This document shows positions 61,101 through 64,000 of a stretch of DNA of 64,000 nt, in pieces (position 1 is the stretch's first letter; each line of letters starts with the position of its first letter). Both the position numbers and the translations under genes were made by a program. A model generated the notes under the pieces. That model searched no databases, was not told where the DNA came from, and saw only the letters and a list, made by a program, of their open reading frames with translations. Source of the stretch: Gekko japonicus (taxonomy: Eukaryota); contig NW_015173680.1 of NCBI RefSeq assembly GCF_001447785.1, positions 650,557 to 714,556 of the forward strand. Reading direction: 5' to 3'.

Positions 61101-62707
61101 ACACAGAGGTACTCCGCTCCCCACCCCTAAACACATGTTTTTGCTACCACGTAGTCGTGGGCAATGTTGGCCTCATGCACAGACGAAATAAACTACAGTT
61201 TAGGAGCTCAGATCCTAAAGGACTGCTGCTCAGTACATAAGAATTACTAAACTGCCCCCCCCCCCCCTTCTAGGGTAATTTCAAAACTGAAATAGTTTGG
61301 GGTCACCACAGCCTGTCTGAATCCGACTCTGCTCTGAGTCTGTAGGGAAATTCACTTTAAATCTACAAAATGAGCACCACTGGAAAAGCCCTGAGAGGCG
61401 TTTCCTCCCAGATGCATGGGGAGGTGACTGTTCCTTTGCAGGCCTCTGTTTGGTGCAGCCAGTCTGGGACTCGCTCAGACTCACTCCTGCAGTTTTGTCT
61501 TGCTGTTACGGTTGCCAGCTTTTGCGATGCCCAATTCTGGGAAGGGAGGCAAAGCCCAGAGCCACTGTGGTGGTGGAGCCAGCAAGTTGAGGCTGTTAAT
61601 CTCAGATGTACAGTTTAAAAGAATGGGGGTGGGGGTGGTAGGAACCCTTTGCAGCCCTTTGTTTTTCTGGCAACTGGCCCCAAAGTCAAAATAAAGAGTA
61701 CCCTAGGAGAGAGCTGAGCCCTGCTCACCAGTGTCCCAGCCCCACACTCTGCCTGCCCTTCAGAAACAAGCTACTTGGCCTGGAGTCAGCTTGGCACTGC
61801 CAAGAGGTGGCCAGCGGGTGCACTCTGTGTTGGCTGCTTGGTCCACCTTTCTAAAGGGTAGAATTAGACCAGAACTGACATGGGGGGGGGGGAGTTGCCC
61901 TCTAAGGATCCTGGTCGCATTCTTCCTCCTCTGTATGGCTGTTTCCATGCCATTAGCTGCCCCATTAAGATGTCATTGTCTCTAATGGGCTTAGAGGTGG
62001 GACTGGGAGGGGGAGGAGGTGGTTCCTTGAGCCTGCCTCTTGCAATGCAAAACCCGTGAAAACTTTGTGTATTGAAGCCCTGGGCCACTTGGAATCAGTA
62101 CAAACCTCTCAGTTTCTGTGATGCAAGACCCTGTGTTCCCCCTTAAAGGTTATTCTTAGTTTAAAACAATCACCCTCTCCTGAACCCATGTTACATTTGT
62201 TTTCAGTTCATTCCCTTCTGCCTTCGTGTGGTCTGTTTACTACAGAGATGCTGTCTCTGTTTTGTATTATTATTATTAGTCTTTATTAAGGATGTGAGGC
62301 AACTTCCTCTCTTCAGCAAGTATGGTTTTTTTGTTGTTGTATATTCTGCCTGTCTTCTTCCATTTGAAAGTCAAGGTGGCATATACTGGGGAGCTGTTTC
62401 CAGGGGGGATCTCCCACCCAGGCACCAAGCAGACCCAAACTGGTTTAGCTTCAACAAGGAGGCTGTATCATGTGTCTGCCTGTTTTAAACTATGTCATTT
62501 GTGATCTTGCACTAAATTGGTGCTTTTTGTGTTACAACAAGTGCATAGATGAAATGCCTGCACTAACTTTTCTGGCAAGTGTGGCCCTCTATTGAAGCCC
62601 TAAATATGAAGAGGTGCTACAGGACATATGCGATACTTTCCCACCCAGACCATAGCATGGTTGTACTTACAATCATCATGGAATAAATAGCATGGTACTG
62701 GAAAGGC

Positions 62708-63059
62708 TGCCTGCGGTGGCTCAAGTGGTTAAGACGCTGAACTGCAGGCTGTGGAAGGTCAGTAGTTCAGCAGTTCGAGACCCGAGTGTACCGCATGACG
62801 GAGTGAGCTCCCGTCTCTCGTTCCAGCTCCTGCCAACCTAGCAGTTCAAAAGCAAGAAATTGCAAGTAGATAAATAGGTACCACTTCGGTGGGAAGGTAA
62901 CAGTGTTCCGCGCGCCTTGGTGTTTAGTCATGCCGGCCACATGACCACGGAAACGTCTTTGGACAGCACTGGCTCTTCGGCTTGGAAACGGAGATGAGCA
63001 CCGCAACCCTAGAGTCGGACTCGACTGGCTTTCGAGCAAGGGAACCTTTACCATTTTTT
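62708..63059 (+). mobile_element. Full-length Sauria SINE
   Basis: tRNA head (TGGCTCAAGTGG, GTTCGAGACC), ACCTTT tail and a 12-bp TSD TACTGGAAAGGC (62696-62707 / 63060-63071). Confidence 0.9.
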
Positions 63060-63417
63060 TACTGGAAAGGCAGGCAGGAGAATGCTCTGACTCTCTGCCA
63101 TCACCTAGCCCAGTGGTCCCACAAGCTACAGCTCCTCTCCAGAGATGTTATCAACACCTGCTGCCTATGCCATTTGTGGTGTCACAAGTTGTTCACCTGT
63201 ACTTTGCACATTTGGAAAGCGACACATATCCTGGAATTCTTTCCCTCTGTGCAGAAATGGTCTCTCCATGTAGGAATGGCTGTGTGCAGAGAAGCCCTTT
63301 GCTCCCCATGGTTGTGACTTTCTCCCACATAGGGGGGCTGTTCTGTGTGGGTGATGTGTGTTGTGGAAGGGCATTTACTGGCTGGCAGGAGAGCTCATGT
63401 ATGATATTACTAGCTGG

Positions 63418-63701
63418 CAGGAAGTGGTGGTGGCTACAAGCATGGACGGCTTCAAAAGGGAATTAGATAAGCATATGGAGCAGAGGTCCATCAGTGGCTA
63501 TTAGCCACAAGGTATAGATAGGGGCTCTGGGGCAAGTGATGCTCTGTCATCTTGGTGCTTGGGGGGGTCAACAGTGGGAGGGCTTCTAATGTCCTGGCCC
63601 CACTGGTGGACCTCCTGATGGCACCTGGTATTTCTGGCCACTGTGTGATACAGAGTGTTCGGCCTGATCCAACACTGGCGTCTCTTATGTTCTTATGTTC
63701 T
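63418..63701 (+). mobile_element. CR1 LINE 3' end fragment
   Basis: Same family as 5305-5668, with a (ttatgttc)n tail. Confidence 0.75.
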
Positions 63702-64000
63702 TATACTGGAGGCCATGCAGGTGAATTGGTCCTAAGGACTAGAAGCACTTGCCGTAGACTCTCGTTAAGTCCTCATCCACTTTGTGCATGAGGAATTATC
63801 CTCCTTTATTCCTATCATGCTCTGACCTGGGTGGCCCAGGCTAGCCTGATCTCATCAGATCTTTGAAGATAAGCGGTGTCAGCCCTGGTTAGTGCTTCAA
63901 TGAGGGACCACCAGGGAAGTCCACAGTTGCTAGGCAGAGGCAGGCAGTGGGAAACCACCGCTGAGCATCTCTTGCCTTGAAAGCCCTTCAGGGTCACTGT

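Noticed and set aside
60405-61240. 220-243-aa ORFs on both strands
   Set aside because: CpG-island composition artefact with no homology recognised.
62708-62800. tRNA gene
   Set aside because: It is the tRNA-derived head of a TSD-flanked Sauria SINE.
63826-63935. 5S rRNA gene
   Set aside because: Heavily diverged and fused to a SINE body also seen at 47577 and 45050.

Overview
Vertebrate genomic DNA from a squamate reptile, probably a gecko (Sauria/Squam-type SINEs, CR1, L2, DIRS and Penelope repeats), with several N gaps. Genes, from exon-by-exon translation: the last 7 coding exons of XPO7 (+, 2814-11631); a complete, very compact PBDC1 (-, 15847-14180, 174 aa); and a complete FGF17 (+, 17421-37737, 216 aa) head-to-head with PBDC1 across one CpG island. 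NPM2, which lies between XPO7 and FGF17 in mammals, is not seen. Further CpG islands and candidate non-coding first exons (44, 49.7, 52.5, 60.5 kb) probably belong to the next gene, DMTN by synteny, but none of its coding exons is in the window. The most notable object is a 3.4-kb non-autonomous Gypsy-type LTR element in FGF17 intron 2. Its integrase/RT region is replaced by an intronless fragment of the centriolar-satellite gene PCM1, in frame with the pol remnant, which suggests cellular gene capture by an LTR retrotransposon. Also present are a Helitron inside a CR1, a decayed DIRS element with nested insertions, hAT MITEs and a cluster of local tandem duplications. All homology calls come from recalled sequences; no database search was run.
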